Notes under the pieces: model-generated
Told to the model about the DNA's origin: nothing
What the model saw: the letters and a program-made list of their open reading frames with translations, nothing else
Database searches by the model: none
Position numbers and translations under genes: made by a program
IMG/VR virus record: IMGVR_UViG_3300031813_000014
DNA from: an uncultured virus (IMG/VR IMGVR_UViG_3300031813_000014)
Taxonomy: Duplodnaviria; Heunggongvirae; Uroviricota; Caudoviricetes
Length of the DNA stretch: 64,000 bases
Reading direction: 5' to 3' (one strand)
Shown: positions 11,101 through 21,414 of the stretch, piece by piece
How positions within the stretch are numbered: the stretch's first letter is position 1
Layout of the letters: each line of letters begins with the position of its first letter

Positions 11101-14100
11101 ATACTGAGTTGTCCCGTGCTGTTGCAAGCATCGACGATATGCGTGAGCGAGCAGCAAAAGTTTTTGAGGCAGGTAAACGCAATCGTTTGTTGTCTCAGGA
11201 CTTAATTAATTTAATACAAGATGTGCCTGACATCTTTACCAATAACGACGAGTTTGTAGCTTACGGTTTATCTCAACCAGAAATGCAAAAGTTTTTGATG
11301 AGCATGCCATCAGATCCAAAGCATTTTACAGAGAGTATGTTTAACAGATTTACTCGTGGTTTGATGAACATCTTGGGTTTAAACTCAAGCTCCAAAGAAA
11401 GATTGAATGCGTTTACAGACTTGGCTATGGTGACAGACAAAGTTCTGCAAGCTAAGTATACAAATGCGGAGCGAGCAATTGCGCAGAAGTACAGAGAGAC
11501 GCCTATGCAAGCGTCTCCCGCAACTCAGCGGGAAATGTTTGGTAATCATCAGCGAATTAATTTAAGTCGACTCAAAGCCGACACTCTAGGTCACAAGACT
11601 CCAGAGCAACAGATTAAATTTTTTGAGAACGCTAAAGCCGAACTGGATGCCGAGCTTGCCAAAGGCGATGCTGGTAGGTTCAACGCTAACTGGGCAAGAG
11701 ACATCGGTAGTAGCAATATGCCCAAAGGCCAAGCTATTGCGCAAAGGGCTCAGCTTGCAGCTAAGCACGTAGAGGCTTTAAAAGAACATTACGATGATGT
11801 AATTAATGAGATTAATCGTGGGGTAGTAAAAGCACCTAGCCCTTCAGCTAAACGTAGCGAAGCAGTAACTGAAGCTAAAAAAATCCAAGCGGTTACAACC
11901 GAAGGACTTAAAGCAGTTCAAACTAGCCGTGAGGGTAATGAGTTAGGTAAAGCCGTTTCTGTTCTACAACAAGTTCGCCACCCCAATAATCTTTGGGGCG
12001 AGATAAATTTAATCCTTAGCAGCGGTAACGAGAAGCTCAATGACTTTTTGTCTTCTTTCTATGATGCCGACGGCTTAGCTAGAAGCGGTCCCAATCTGCA
12101 AATCAGTGCGCTGCAAGATATTTATAAAAATATGCAGTTGATGAACGGCACTACGCAGAGGATGCTGAGCAATGCGGCAAACGAGATCGACGCTTTGCAG
12201 ACGTTCTATAGAGAGAACCCAAGCCTCAAGAAACCGTTTGAAGACTTTGTTAACGCAACGACGTTTGATAAGTACAACCCTTTGAACCCAAAAGAGAAGG
12301 GCACTCCTAAAGCTAAGGTGTACGACGAGAAGTTTAAACAGCTCGGACCTGATGGGCAGGCTGCGTACAAAAGGCTTTATCAGTACTACAAAGATCTAAA
12401 CAACTACAAACAAGAGTTGCTGGAAAGATCTTTAAACGACCTCGACCTTGAAGGTGAAGATCGTCAAAAACTACTTAAGGGTTTTAGAGAAGCGTACGAA
12501 AGCAGTGATGTAATCGACCCCTATTTCCCATTGATGCGTTTTGGTGACTACGTTCTTAACCTTGGCAAAGGTAAAGATAGAGTTGCTTTGCGGTTTGAAA
12601 GCAGCAAGGAACGTAAGCGTGCGCTTAATGAATACGCCAAAAAACAAAACACAACGCCAGAAGCGTTAATCAATTCTGAAAAAGTTTCACTTGTAAACGA
12701 CACAGGCGGCGCAAAGATGCGGGGTACTATTGAAGGCACCAGCAAGCTGCTCAAAACTATTTACGACGGCATCAATAACTCTAAGTCGGATGAGTTGACC
12801 AAAGGTCGTTTGAAAGACATGGCTTATCAAGCCTACTTGCAGGCAATGCCCGAGCAAAGCGTTCGTAAATTATTCCTGCATCGTGAAGGCTATCCTGGAT
12901 TCTCCAGCGATTTGGTTCGTATCCTTGCATCTCACTCAGTAAAGGCATCGTCACAGTTCGCCAGGTTAGAGTATGCAAACCCCATGCGTAGAGAGCTGGA
13001 AAGAGCTTACAGACAACTCAAAGGAAACGAACAGTACACCCCGTTCGTAGACCGCATGGCTGAGTTTGTTAGCGAGATGGTTGCTCCTGTGCCAGCAGAC
13101 CGACTACAAAAAGCTGGGGAATGGTTTGTTAACAACTTGATTGTGCGCCCTTCGTTCCTGCACTCTCTTACTAGCTGGTCGTCGGCAATTATTCAACCTG
13201 CTGATATATTCTTAAAGGGTATACCCATACTTGCGGGTAACCACAGTACTGCGGCTGCTACTGCTGAAGTATCTAAAATGTTAAAAGTGTGGAACCAATT
13301 GGGGGTTATAGAAACTCTACCCGATGGAACCAAGCGTTATCGCGCGCCAAGTATTGCGTTTGCTGAAGGGTTGACTGCTGACGAAAGAGAAGCAGTTAGA
13401 GCTATGGAAGATGCGGGTGTAACTAGAGATACTGTTGCTAACTCCGTATACAACTTCAGTAATAAAGGTAACGTAAACGTGGATTCTAAAGGTTGGCAGA
13501 CTGCAAAGACTGTCGGTAAGAATGTATTGTTTGGTGGAATGATGCACCACACAGAACGTTTGTCACGCGAAGTTATATTTATGGCTGCGTACAGACTTAG
13601 CATGAAAGACTTGGCGACCACCAAGATGCCATTTAAAGAACGCCAGCAAGCGGCTATCAATCAAGCTATCTCAGAAACATTTGAGACCTTTGGTAACTAC
13701 TCAACATATAGCCGCCCCATGATTTTCCGTGGTCCTGTAGGTAAATTTACTTTGCTCTACAAGTTTTTCCCATACGTTACCACTAAAATTCTTTTGGGCA
13801 ACGGGCTTAAGATGCTGTCGTTGACAAACTCAAGGGTTGAAAAACAAGCGGCTGCTAAAAAGTTCTTTGGTACGTTGCTTACGCATTTGGTTGTAGGCGG
13901 ATACGCAGCGTTGCCAGCATTTGGTTTGGTTGTGACCGCTGTTAGCGCAGCGATGAGACACTTTGCCGACAGAGACCCAGACGCGCCTGAAGATATGCGG
14001 GACAAAGACGCGGTGCTTTGGTTCCGTGAAGTTTATATGCCAGAGCTTCTTGGTGATACAGGTTTGGCTAAACTTGTAGAACGTGGACCAATTAACTATT

Positions 14101-16766
14101 TAACTGGGTCTGATGTATCTAGCCGCATATCTTTAAACGACATGTGGTTTAAAGAGCCAGCACCGGGGGGTAACGACAACGCAACATTGTGGAACTGGGC
14201 ATTGGCACTTGGCGGCGCAGGACCCAACGCAGCACTGAGCTACTATCGCGGGTTTAAATCATTCCTCGATGGCGATTACCAAAAGGCTGTAGAGCAATTG
14301 GCACCGGGTTCTTTGGCTGGTCTTGCATCTACTGAAAGAATTCGTGAGCGTGGTTTAACAACCAGTCAAGGCGATCAAATTCCTGGTTACGAAAAAGGTA
14401 ACGTACCTACAAGCGTAATGGCTGGGCAGGCAATTGGATTTAGACCTGACGTAGTTACTAATCAGCAAAACAAAGCTTTTGAAACAACTGCCGTAGAAAG
14501 ACGCGTGGGCATGGAAAGGGCTAACATTAGCGCCAAGCTCAAGAACACGTTTATAAAGTCAAACGATTACAACTTGTCCGACGCAGAAAGACAAAGATGG
14601 GGTCAAAGATTCCAAGATGCAATTACAGAAGCTGGAGAGTGGAGTCAAAAGAATCCGACGCATGGGTACGAAGAGCAAGAGATTAACGACCTGCTCAACA
14701 AAGCCATGGAGGATAAAGCAAATAGAACAGAGAATGCTGGTATTGCTTTGAACCAAAAGAACGCTATGTTAGCTGCACAAATATCTGAACAACTTAAAGC
14801 CGAAAGAGAAGTTAAAAAAGCTGGCGGCGGTTCAGTACAGAGTTTTGCTGGGGGTGGTTTGGTTAGGCGTTTTGACGAAGGTGGGTCAACTAACAAATAT
14901 CCAACAGCGCATGAGATTCTTCAGCAAAAAATTAATGAGCTTAAAGAACAAAGCAAACAACCTTGGGACCCGGTACAGGAGTGGAACCAAAATGTTCAAG
15001 GCGCAATTAAAAGTACAGCAGATACTGTTAAAGGTTGGAAACAACTTGTAACTGATCCACGTGCGTATTGGGAAACTTTAAAAGAAAACGTTAGCAAAAC
15101 AACACCCGAACAAGTTGCAGCGGCGTTTAACCCTAGTCATATTGGTTTTGTTGGTGCAATGAGGCCAAATGTTTCTAACTTTGTGCAACCAAAGCCTACA
15201 CCTGCTTTTGTACCAGGTATTAATCAACCCGTTGGAACAATTGAAAAAGCTCTTGAAAACAATTTGCCACCTTATAGTAAAGAAGATTTACCCATGTTAG
15301 AAAGGGGAAAAAATAATGCTAAACAACAACTACAAGAACAATGGAATAGCGCTGAAATAGACCCTGAAAGAGAACAAGAATTGATGCACCATATAAGGGA
15401 TATGGAAGAACACATAAACAATATCCCTAAATATGAAGCACTTTCAAATTGGGTGAAAAAAAATTTATATAACTATGTTAAAAACGAAATGGGTACACCA
15501 GATGATCCCGTTCGTAAATTAGCGGATCAAGGCGTATTGCACACTGATGCGGCTTTTGGGTTAACCCACCCAATGTCATATATGACAGAAGCGAGAAGAA
15601 AAATAAGCGGGCTGCCAAAAGAAGGTTACGCTACTACTGCTTTAGGTAAACGTTGGGAAAATATAACCGACGATATGCTTATACCGGTGACTAAAAAAGA
15701 ATTAGAAGATGCTGCCGCAGTAGCTAACTCCAACCCAAATGCACCCATGATAAGAGGGGATCGGCAAAGAGCTTATACATACCAAGATAATCCTTGGATG
15801 AAAGATAGACCAGACGACAGTCGGTTTTTTATGCTGAACACAAATTTATTCAACAGGCTTGATTTTGACCATGTGGTTGATACACTTCGAGAACAGTTGC
15901 ATAACGGAACAGTTGCACCTGAAAATTTAAAAAATATTTCAGTACCACAAGCGGTGCGTAAAACTTTCGAAGCGCAAGAAAGAGATCGTAAACTAGAAGA
16001 ACAACAAAAGCAGGACGCATTAAAACAAGTTTTAGATGCTTCGCCCGTAAAACAATACGATAACGGGCATAAATGGATTGCTTTGCCTGACCCAAATGAA
16101 TCTGATACAAATATGAAATTTTGCAAAAATATTGGCGTGAGCGGTGGATGGTGTACAAAGGAAGAAGGTAATGCTAAGCATTACGGTAATTCTGCTCAAG
16201 GACGCCAGCTTTATGCATTGGTTGACCCAAAAGGTAAAGCCCATTTACAAATTCAAACAACAGCATACCCTTGGGAGCAAGATGATTTACTTAGCCGTTT
16301 GGGGGAACCAAAAGCTGAGGAGATATTAAACAAAGTAACTGATGGTATTATTTCCGATTCTCAACAACTTAATGAAGAAATGAACAAAGCATTTGGGCCA
16401 AGACCTCCAAATGTTACTGAAATAAAACCGCCAAGCAACAGTTGGGAAGGTTCTATATCTGAGGGTAGAATTGAAAAAGATCCCGACTATGTACAAAAAT
16501 ATAAACCGTACATTGCAGACTTTTTAAACTCGGGTGACTGGGGTAGAGTAAACAGAGCTGATTTATTTGAGCACGCAGATGTGTACGATTTAAATAATTA
16601 TGGCGAACTTGCAACGCATGGTGCTGGTTTGGGTTTAAATTTACCTAGGTTTATTGACAGACCCACACTTCTATCTTTAACAGATTCATTGTTGATGGGG
16701 GATGAAGCAGCACCCCAACCGATGCCTGATCCGCTAAGGCAATATCAAACGCCGCCGGCGCAATAG
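8115..16766 (+). CDS. Giant ejection / polyvalent protein with zincin-like metallopeptidase domain and C-terminal PcfJ-like domain
   Basis: 2883 aa, last gene of the late block. HELIH (11040-11054) followed by DEFVAYG (HExxH...E). C-terminal KWI...GGWCT...LYAL.D..G..H..I. Confidence 0.65.
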   Translation: MAELDPTQFGAVAAPTELDPTQFGAVEAQPVAQPAVELDPTQFGAKPAEGPGFVTQLIQHSALDPLKEFGAPIVGGIVSLPRSLEEAVRGGIRGAARGDVSSVMAPGAYIPGVDTDETVYGPETEEQKAHRQLVAERTLKAIPQVPGLKPLADIGHKAQTSILNSISPGAKKALQDSQITGNIFKGEIDFGKNPSLEGYALQTVNIFGSMAPVIVGTMVTKNPETGALIGGGMAADEAIGNAVQAINSLDDKQLAQQSPFFAQMMKGGATAKEARDLTLRKAAETGAALQGVVGMFGDDVLGRFVSGAFDKALTKFAGKSILAHTAVGTGLAAAEQGLSETAEGVASDVANKSVLPSTELGQGSAANFVGGMLGGLPAGAGRGFVTGLNAKLQPDPNAPAGTPKIISPIDFGAVEDPATVTDREAAVKQETQRLMSQRGFSEEVSRGMAEKSIPLAAFAEETNEPEEEENVAGPNAEPAGTSVSVPTGTDTTATTGGAGEPERNGVVSNQQNVAAPVAGERVEQPAINPLPKEEFEEKYRDLTERINAYNKIDPEDRTPRQNANLEEAQGLLQNLVDAQGYFTPPPQAASVVPTVNANEPIQTPEGPVEHANLYAANEFSNEVTPEEHAGVNQAAAIVDNPQAAYDQAVKDAAAAKENFNRLDQLFKFPDITAEEQVTQEQRDEAKQQLDDALLKADQAQAALEEAQAAAKEAARQRAPGAGRKPAELTPEQQAAKAKIAADEQAAKAEVEKARRGVKKAEAFLSEGLAPLTEEQMKDPKGQAFHENDKTAMIDEATRMLADIVDNRNLRNRPIGKRAKEILQNNNITAEDIKRARAKKAASEKAIEDLYRQKRDLLGSSSYDQVFGPSSMSASNVGQSVPAFSGNKTATQAISTIMKFGDEIQRYFANHLRGFVKDVKFVVLEVGDELPPQLKKYQAWWDLSRGLYIPENGNKTIYVRGESFGPHRGNDITTVLHELIHAASVERIYVGQNSPNNTELSRAVASIDDMRERAAKVFEAGKRNRLLSQDLINLIQDVPDIFTNNDEFVAYGLSQPEMQKFLMSMPSDPKHFTESMFNRFTRGLMNILGLNSSSKERLNAFTDLAMVTDKVLQAKYTNAERAIAQKYRETPMQASPATQREMFGNHQRINLSRLKADTLGHKTPEQQIKFFENAKAELDAELAKGDAGRFNANWARDIGSSNMPKGQAIAQRAQLAAKHVEALKEHYDDVINEINRGVVKAPSPSAKRSEAVTEAKKIQAVTTEGLKAVQTSREGNELGKAVSVLQQVRHPNNLWGEINLILSSGNEKLNDFLSSFYDADGLARSGPNLQISALQDIYKNMQLMNGTTQRMLSNAANEIDALQTFYRENPSLKKPFEDFVNATTFDKYNPLNPKEKGTPKAKVYDEKFKQLGPDGQAAYKRLYQYYKDLNNYKQELLERSLNDLDLEGEDRQKLLKGFREAYESSDVIDPYFPLMRFGDYVLNLGKGKDRVALRFESSKERKRALNEYAKKQNTTPEALINSEKVSLVNDTGGAKMRGTIEGTSKLLKTIYDGINNSKSDELTKGRLKDMAYQAYLQAMPEQSVRKLFLHREGYPGFSSDLVRILASHSVKASSQFARLEYANPMRRELERAYRQLKGNEQYTPFVDRMAEFVSEMVAPVPADRLQKAGEWFVNNLIVRPSFLHSLTSWSSAIIQPADIFLKGIPILAGNHSTAAATAEVSKMLKVWNQLGVIETLPDGTKRYRAPSIAFAEGLTADEREAVRAMEDAGVTRDTVANSVYNFSNKGNVNVDSKGWQTAKTVGKNVLFGGMMHHTERLSREVIFMAAYRLSMKDLATTKMPFKERQQAAINQAISETFETFGNYSTYSRPMIFRGPVGKFTLLYKFFPYVTTKILLGNGLKMLSLTNSRVEKQAAAKKFFGTLLTHLVVGGYAALPAFGLVVTAVSAAMRHFADRDPDAPEDMRDKDAVLWFREVYMPELLGDTGLAKLVERGPINYLTGSDVSSRISLNDMWFKEPAPGGNDNATLWNWALALGGAGPNAALSYYRGFKSFLDGDYQKAVEQLAPGSLAGLASTERIRERGLTTSQGDQIPGYEKGNVPTSVMAGQAIGFRPDVVTNQQNKAFETTAVERRVGMERANISAKLKNTFIKSNDYNLSDAERQRWGQRFQDAITEAGEWSQKNPTHGYEEQEINDLLNKAMEDKANRTENAGIALNQKNAMLAAQISEQLKAEREVKKAGGGSVQSFAGGGLVRRFDEGGSTNKYPTAHEILQQKINELKEQSKQPWDPVQEWNQNVQGAIKSTADTVKGWKQLVTDPRAYWETLKENVSKTTPEQVAAAFNPSHIGFVGAMRPNVSNFVQPKPTPAFVPGINQPVGTIEKALENNLPPYSKEDLPMLERGKNNAKQQLQEQWNSAEIDPEREQELMHHIRDMEEHINNIPKYEALSNWVKKNLYNYVKNEMGTPDDPVRKLADQGVLHTDAAFGLTHPMSYMTEARRKISGLPKEGYATTALGKRWENITDDMLIPVTKKELEDAAAVANSNPNAPMIRGDRQRAYTYQDNPWMKDRPDDSRFFMLNTNLFNRLDFDHVVDTLREQLHNGTVAPENLKNISVPQAVRKTFEAQERDRKLEEQQKQDALKQVLDASPVKQYDNGHKWIALPDPNESDTNMKFCKNIGVSGGWCTKEEGNAKHYGNSAQGRQLYALVDPKGKAHLQIQTTAYPWEQDDLLSRLGEPKAEEILNKVTDGIISDSQQLNEEMNKAFGPRPPNVTEIKPPSNSWEGSISEGRIEKDPDYVQKYKPYIADFLNSGDWGRVNRADLFEHADVYDLNNYGELATHGAGLGLNLPRFIDRPTLLSLTDSLLMGDEAAPQPMPDPLRQYQTPPAQ

Positions 16767-16768
16767 GT

Positions 16769-16799
16769 AAAAAATAGCCCCGACCAGCGGGGCTAAAAT
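16769..16799 (-). terminator. Rho-independent terminator between convergent late and replication blocks (possibly bidirectional)
   Basis: TAGCCCCG-ACCAG-CGGGGCTA hairpin (16775-16795) with an A6 tract at 16769-16774, a U-tract on the minus strand. Confidence 0.75.
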
Positions 16800-16845
16800 A
16801 AGAGAGGAAAGGAACAACTTGCAAAAAATCCAAGGTTAGTATAAC

Positions 16846-17040
16846 TCAGACCCTCCAGATTCGCAAGCCTTTCACCCCCTCTTCAATTACTACTTTTGTA
16901 ACATAATCAATCTTCAACCGTTTCATGGTTTGGGCTACGCTTTTTTTAGCGCCCACATGGTCAATGCAGGGTACAAAAAAAGAATAACCCACCCTAAACT
17001 TAGACCAATTAATGTTGTAATTCACCGACTCTATCTTCAT
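16846..17040 (-). CDS. Hypothetical protein
   Basis: 64 aa, overlaps the primase end. VGYSFFVPC...GLRIWRV. Confidence 0.65.
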   Translation of the reverse strand: MKIESVNYNINWSKFRVGYSFFVPCIDHVGAKKSVAQTMKRLKIDYVTKVVIEEGVKGLRIWRV

Positions 17041-19822
17041 TGTTAACGATCACATCCAAGTTAATCAAATCAGACTTATTTAAATTAAACTTTAAAGCAC
17101 GGATTGGGGGCGACACAACTGCCATGCCTTTGGACATGCGCTTATTAATACCCTCTACAAACACCTCGGCATCGGTCATTTCTTTAAGGATATTCTTGTA
17201 GTTGTATTGGTTTTTGACGCAGAAGTCTTTAAATGGTTTTGCGGCAATATACAGTTCTTTAGTATCTGGCTCGTAGCGTACGAGCAATTCACCCCTTGGT
17301 TCCCTGAGCGGCAAAGAATTTAAACCGCTTCGTGCGTCAACTACGCCATTTACTACGAGCATGTTGTTAGCAACGTGGGCATTAATAAACTCACCCAGTG
17401 GGGCTGTGGGTAAATCTTGTGGGGGCTTTACGTCTTCCTTAATACTCTTAAGGGTTTTTACGCACCACTTGTAAATAGCTGCCATATCAAAGTCGCATAG
17501 CCCTAGATGCTTGGCAATTAACCCTGCGGAAATAATACATGCACACTGCGCAGACCAAAACCTCTCGGCTGATGTGAACTGCACATCCTTGTCTAACCTA
17601 GCTTGGGTTTTTTTGAGTAAATCATCCTTGATGTACTCAAGATTGTTAACGCAGTATTGTATAAAAATCTCGCCAGCGTGTCCGTAATTCTCAAATAACT
17701 GGTGGTCAAACATTTGCTTGCCTTCGGAAACGCTAATAGCATCGCTTGGCTGGATTTCATACTCAAGCAACCGCAACTGTTCGGCGTTCGCTGCGCTTTT
17801 AAATGAACTCATCTTCTCGTAGAAGCTAGAGTTGGCTGAGCATAAAGTCATGCAGGCCCAAGTTACATCGTTAGGTCTAAGTGTATTTGTATGCGCTGAG
17901 GCTCTGTCTTTATCTTTGCCGCCTGACGTACTGTACGCATAGTTAGAAAAAGTGTCGGCGGTCATGTTTGTGATCTCGTCAACTAGATTAGGCATATGAC
18001 ACAGAATGCCCAACTTAATCATCTTAGCATTGATCGTGTCTTTAGGCGTAGATACCAAACTTCGGGGGTTGCCCCATATGCTAGCCGCCATGTTAAGGGT
18101 AGTTGTTTTACCAGACCCACCGTGCTTGTAGATTACGTTCACTATTGCGCCATTTAAACCTGTGAACTTGAATATGGGGGAAGCAAAACCCACCAATGCG
18201 GCAAACGCATTTGCCTCAAGCCCCGGTCTGGCGTACATGTTAAACACTTCTTTCCATTTTTCAAGCGTACCTTTGGGGTGTATATGGGGGACCATTGCCT
18301 TGGTTGCAGAAGATGGCGGGCTGTAAAACACACCATCCTTTGTTATTTCTTTATCACCCATAATGAATCGACTGTTATTGTCGCACCAACCAAATTGATT
18401 TCTCATGATCTCTGCCTTTCTTTGAAATTGCATATTCTTAATAACCGTTACAACATAACGAGCGAGTAGCTCGTATTCTTTAGCATGCGTAACAACCCCT
18501 TGTTGAGCTAACTGTTTGCGTAGCTCATCCTTTGACGATATAACACTCGTCGGTATCGTGAATTCTCGAACGCCATCATGCGGCAGGTGTAGACGAAACA
18601 ACGCAATCTCACCTAACGCAGTGTCGCTCATTCGTTTGACCACATAAAAATCGTGCTCATAAACTAAATCTGGGTCCTCTTCTTCATTCTTCTTATAGAT
18701 GCCGCCGTTCTTGCCCCTGAAGTACGGGAACGGATACTCTGGTATCTTGATGACTTTGTCTTTGACGACAACTTCGTTGTCCTCTTTGGTTGCTTCGGCT
18801 ATCTCAATACCCAAAACAATCGGTGATTTGATTTTTCCTTTGTGCACACACTCATCGCATCCAGTCGGATTAAGTTTCTCGAACTGTGCACATGAGTGGG
18901 GGCCACCTGTTTTGACGATGTAGTCAACTTTTTTATCCACTTCGGCTGGGTCATAGCCTTCGTGCTTGTTGGACATCTTATGAGATGCCCAATCTTTATC
19001 TACACAAAACGCTGTGATAGATAAGGCTGAACGCCACAATGGTTCCTCAATGCTATTTTGATTTTCATAGCAATGTATAAGCTGATTGCACTCAGCTTTA
19101 ATCATGATGGTCTTAAACCGTTTAAGTTTATTACCAATCATAGCCTCCATCATGGGGCTCATCTTACGAGCAAACTCAGGTACTTCATCCTCGGGATCAG
19201 GAGCACCGAGAATTTCTTTGACCTGCTCGTAAGTCATCCGTTTTGACTTCTCATTTATAACCATAACCTCAAGAGGCTCGGCTTTAAAGTTGAACGTACC
19301 CGGAATTCGTAACACGCGAGATGCTTCGAACACTGACGCATCAACGATGAGTCCATGCTCTTGGCTTAGATCACGCAGTCGGTGTGACAATGGTTGCCAA
19401 TCCCTGCGCTCTATAGTTTTATCAAGCAACCAATAGGCATGAATGCCGTTGCCTGAGTTGATGAGTACCGGCTTTGGTAAGCCGACCGTCATGCAGAACT
19501 TTTGAAGTTCAACCAACCCAATCTCTTGGGTCAGATAACCCTTGACTATGCCGTCTTCGTCGGGTATCCCCTTCTTTGGGCCACAATCAATATCCACCCA
19601 TAAAGCCCTAAAGTAAACAGCATTCTCATGCGTGCGGTTGTTGGCTGGTCCAAACTTAGCGCATCCATAATATGCATCGACTTTGTTCTCTACAAATTGT
19701 TTCGTTATCTCTTCAACTTCTTCTCTAGTATCTACAAATCTTTGGTCAGGAAATTTACCACCAAGCCCAAGTACACAATACCTACCCTCAGTGGGTAGAA
19801 CGGTGTCTAATAGGTCGAACAT
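17009..19822 (-). CDS. DNA primase-helicase (RepB/AEP-like primase + Cys cluster + DUF927-associated P-loop helicase)
   Basis: 937 aa. WVDID and SGNGIHAYW...SRVLRIPGTFN primase motifs, Cys cluster (CAQF...CDEC), Walker A GGSGKTT, Walker B LVDE. Confidence 0.85.
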   Translation of the reverse strand: MFDLLDTVLPTEGRYCVLGLGGKFPDQRFVDTREEVEEITKQFVENKVDAYYGCAKFGPANNRTHENAVYFRALWVDIDCGPKKGIPDEDGIVKGYLTQEIGLVELQKFCMTVGLPKPVLINSGNGIHAYWLLDKTIERRDWQPLSHRLRDLSQEHGLIVDASVFEASRVLRIPGTFNFKAEPLEVMVINEKSKRMTYEQVKEILGAPDPEDEVPEFARKMSPMMEAMIGNKLKRFKTIMIKAECNQLIHCYENQNSIEEPLWRSALSITAFCVDKDWASHKMSNKHEGYDPAEVDKKVDYIVKTGGPHSCAQFEKLNPTGCDECVHKGKIKSPIVLGIEIAEATKEDNEVVVKDKVIKIPEYPFPYFRGKNGGIYKKNEEEDPDLVYEHDFYVVKRMSDTALGEIALFRLHLPHDGVREFTIPTSVISSKDELRKQLAQQGVVTHAKEYELLARYVVTVIKNMQFQRKAEIMRNQFGWCDNNSRFIMGDKEITKDGVFYSPPSSATKAMVPHIHPKGTLEKWKEVFNMYARPGLEANAFAALVGFASPIFKFTGLNGAIVNVIYKHGGSGKTTTLNMAASIWGNPRSLVSTPKDTINAKMIKLGILCHMPNLVDEITNMTADTFSNYAYSTSGGKDKDRASAHTNTLRPNDVTWACMTLCSANSSFYEKMSSFKSAANAEQLRLLEYEIQPSDAISVSEGKQMFDHQLFENYGHAGEIFIQYCVNNLEYIKDDLLKKTQARLDKDVQFTSAERFWSAQCACIISAGLIAKHLGLCDFDMAAIYKWCVKTLKSIKEDVKPPQDLPTAPLGEFINAHVANNMLVVNGVVDARSGLNSLPLREPRGELLVRYEPDTKELYIAAKPFKDFCVKNQYNYKNILKEMTDAEVFVEGINKRMSKGMAVVSPPIRALKFNLNKSDLINLDVIVNNEDRVGELQH

Positions 19823-20072
19823 TTTGTTTGCGTTTCCTCAAGAATTCAATGTAATCTTTGATGCGTAGATGCTGATATTGGTAAGGCTGCGATGTGCCTT
19901 TAAACCAATTGTAGATAGTAGCCCTGCTCACGTTGAGCTCTAGGGCTACCTCCGAAACTGGAACACCTGCCTCAATACAATGTTTCCCCAAAGATACGCC
20001 AAGTTGCAACTTACGAAGGCTGGACGCCTTCTTGTTTGCTTTTACTAATTCTTGGCTGTATCCGTGACTCAT
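19788..20072 (-). CDS. XRE/Cro-type helix-turn-helix protein
   Basis: VSEVALELNVSRATIYNWFKG is a canonical HTH. Confidence 0.8.
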   Translation of the reverse strand: MSHGYSQELVKANKKASSLRKLQLGVSLGKHCIEAGVPVSEVALELNVSRATIYNWFKGTSQPYQYQHLRIKDYIEFLRKRKQNVRPIRHRSTH

Positions 20073-20073
20073 A

Positions 20074-20961
20074 TTAATCCTCTTCGCTCCATGCTTTTAC
20101 AACGGAATCCAAGTCGGGTTTAGCTTTGGGGGCTTCATCCTTTGTTGCACTTGGACGTTTCTTAGGTTCTTCAACTGCTTCGACTTCCACTTTTGGTGCA
20201 GCTTTAGGCGCTTCGATCTTAGGTGTACGACCAGACATGTCGGCTTGGTACGCAGTCATAACAACCATCTTCTGCACAAACGGTTCTTTAGCTTTAGCGC
20301 TAGAGATTTCATACTGATGCTTGTTGATGAAGCCCATGGGTGTAAACAACACAGATTGGTTATCGTTGTCTTCGTTGAAGCTAATCTGAGTAACAACGTA
20401 ATCCAAACTCCTGCCGTTGTTGGCTAAGTATTTGGAGTAGTTCTCAAATGTATGCGTATTCTCACCAACGCTATCACCAAACAAAGACTTAGATGCTAAG
20501 TTCATTTGGTAAACTTCACCCTCAGATGGAGTGTTGAAGTCTTCTTCAAGCATTATTGCGACCCTACGTGAGTAGCGGCAAGACTTAGATGTACCTTGGC
20601 CTGATCCTTTGATGTTGTGTTTGCAATTATCGCACTTGTCAGACTGTGGGTTGGTTGCTTTTTCATCGGGGGATTTACCATCGTTTGAGAAGCACTCAGG
20701 CGCTGTAGGTTCAGAATCTGGTGACCATGCTTGCGCATAATAGATGCGGCCTACATGAAGTGACGCATTGATAACGATGACGTTAATCTTCTCTTTAACT
20801 TTGCCCATTTCTTTGCCGCCAACTTCTTTGCGGAAGATGCCGTTTTTAGGGACAATACGTTTAACACCCCCGCCGTTACCTGCAAGTTGTTTAGTGAGTT
20901 CACTAATACCTGCATTCGCTAAAAAGTCTGGGAGTTCTTGGTTCAACACTAATGCTGTCAT
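20074..20961 (-). CDS. Putative ssDNA-binding / replication protein
   Basis: Probable ATG at 20961 (MTALVL) after AAAGGA. Cys motif C...CDNC...C, acidic C-terminus (WSEED), replication-cluster position. Confidence 0.5.
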   Translation of the reverse strand: MTALVLNQELPDFLANAGISELTKQLAGNGGGVKRIVPKNGIFRKEVGGKEMGKVKEKINVIVINASLHVGRIYYAQAWSPDSEPTAPECFSNDGKSPDEKATNPQSDKCDNCKHNIKGSGQGTSKSCRYSRRVAIMLEEDFNTPSEGEVYQMNLASKSLFGDSVGENTHTFENYSKYLANNGRSLDYVVTQISFNEDNDNQSVLFTPMGFINKHQYEISSAKAKEPFVQKMVVMTAYQADMSGRTPKIEAPKAAPKVEVEAVEEPKKRPSATKDEAPKAKPDLDSVVKAWSEED

Positions 20962-20962
20962 T

Positions 20963-21391
20963 TCAATTTTCCTTTGTACGTCTAACAACCACGGTATATT
21001 CCCTATCAATGTTCAAGCCCATTGGTAGTAAATCTGGATTCTCTTGGAGAAAATTCTTTGTATTGGTTTGCGCAATACGTTTCTCAAGTAGGCCGAATGC
21101 ATCATGTTCTTTAATGAACTTATACATTGAATCCCAATCGCTCGTCCAATACCGTGACTTAATCGAACGAATGATTGTGCCGCTTTTTGTTTTGATACTG
21201 TCGGCGTTGATCTGCTCACACTTGTTAAGCATCGTCGCCTCAATAACATCCATCTGTTCCTCAATACCCTTGTCGGTTTCTTCCCATTCTTTTTTAAGTC
21301 GGGCACGTTTATCCCGCATCTTCAAATAGATTTCAGCTAATTGGTCAAGGGGTACGTCTGGGGTAGCTTCGCTCTGAACTGTGTCGTCCAT
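20963..21391 (-). CDS. Hypothetical coiled-coil replication-region protein
   Basis: 142 aa, AAAGGA RBS. N-terminal coiled coil, then SIKTKSGT...DWD...FIKE. Confidence 0.65.
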   Translation of the reverse strand: MDDTVQSEATPDVPLDQLAEIYLKMRDKRARLKKEWEETDKGIEEQMDVIEATMLNKCEQINADSIKTKSGTIIRSIKSRYWTSDWDSMYKFIKEHDAFGLLEKRIAQTNTKNFLQENPDLLPMGLNIDREYTVVVRRTKEN

Positions 21392-21414
21392 GATATGTTC
21401 CTTTCTTTTTTAAC

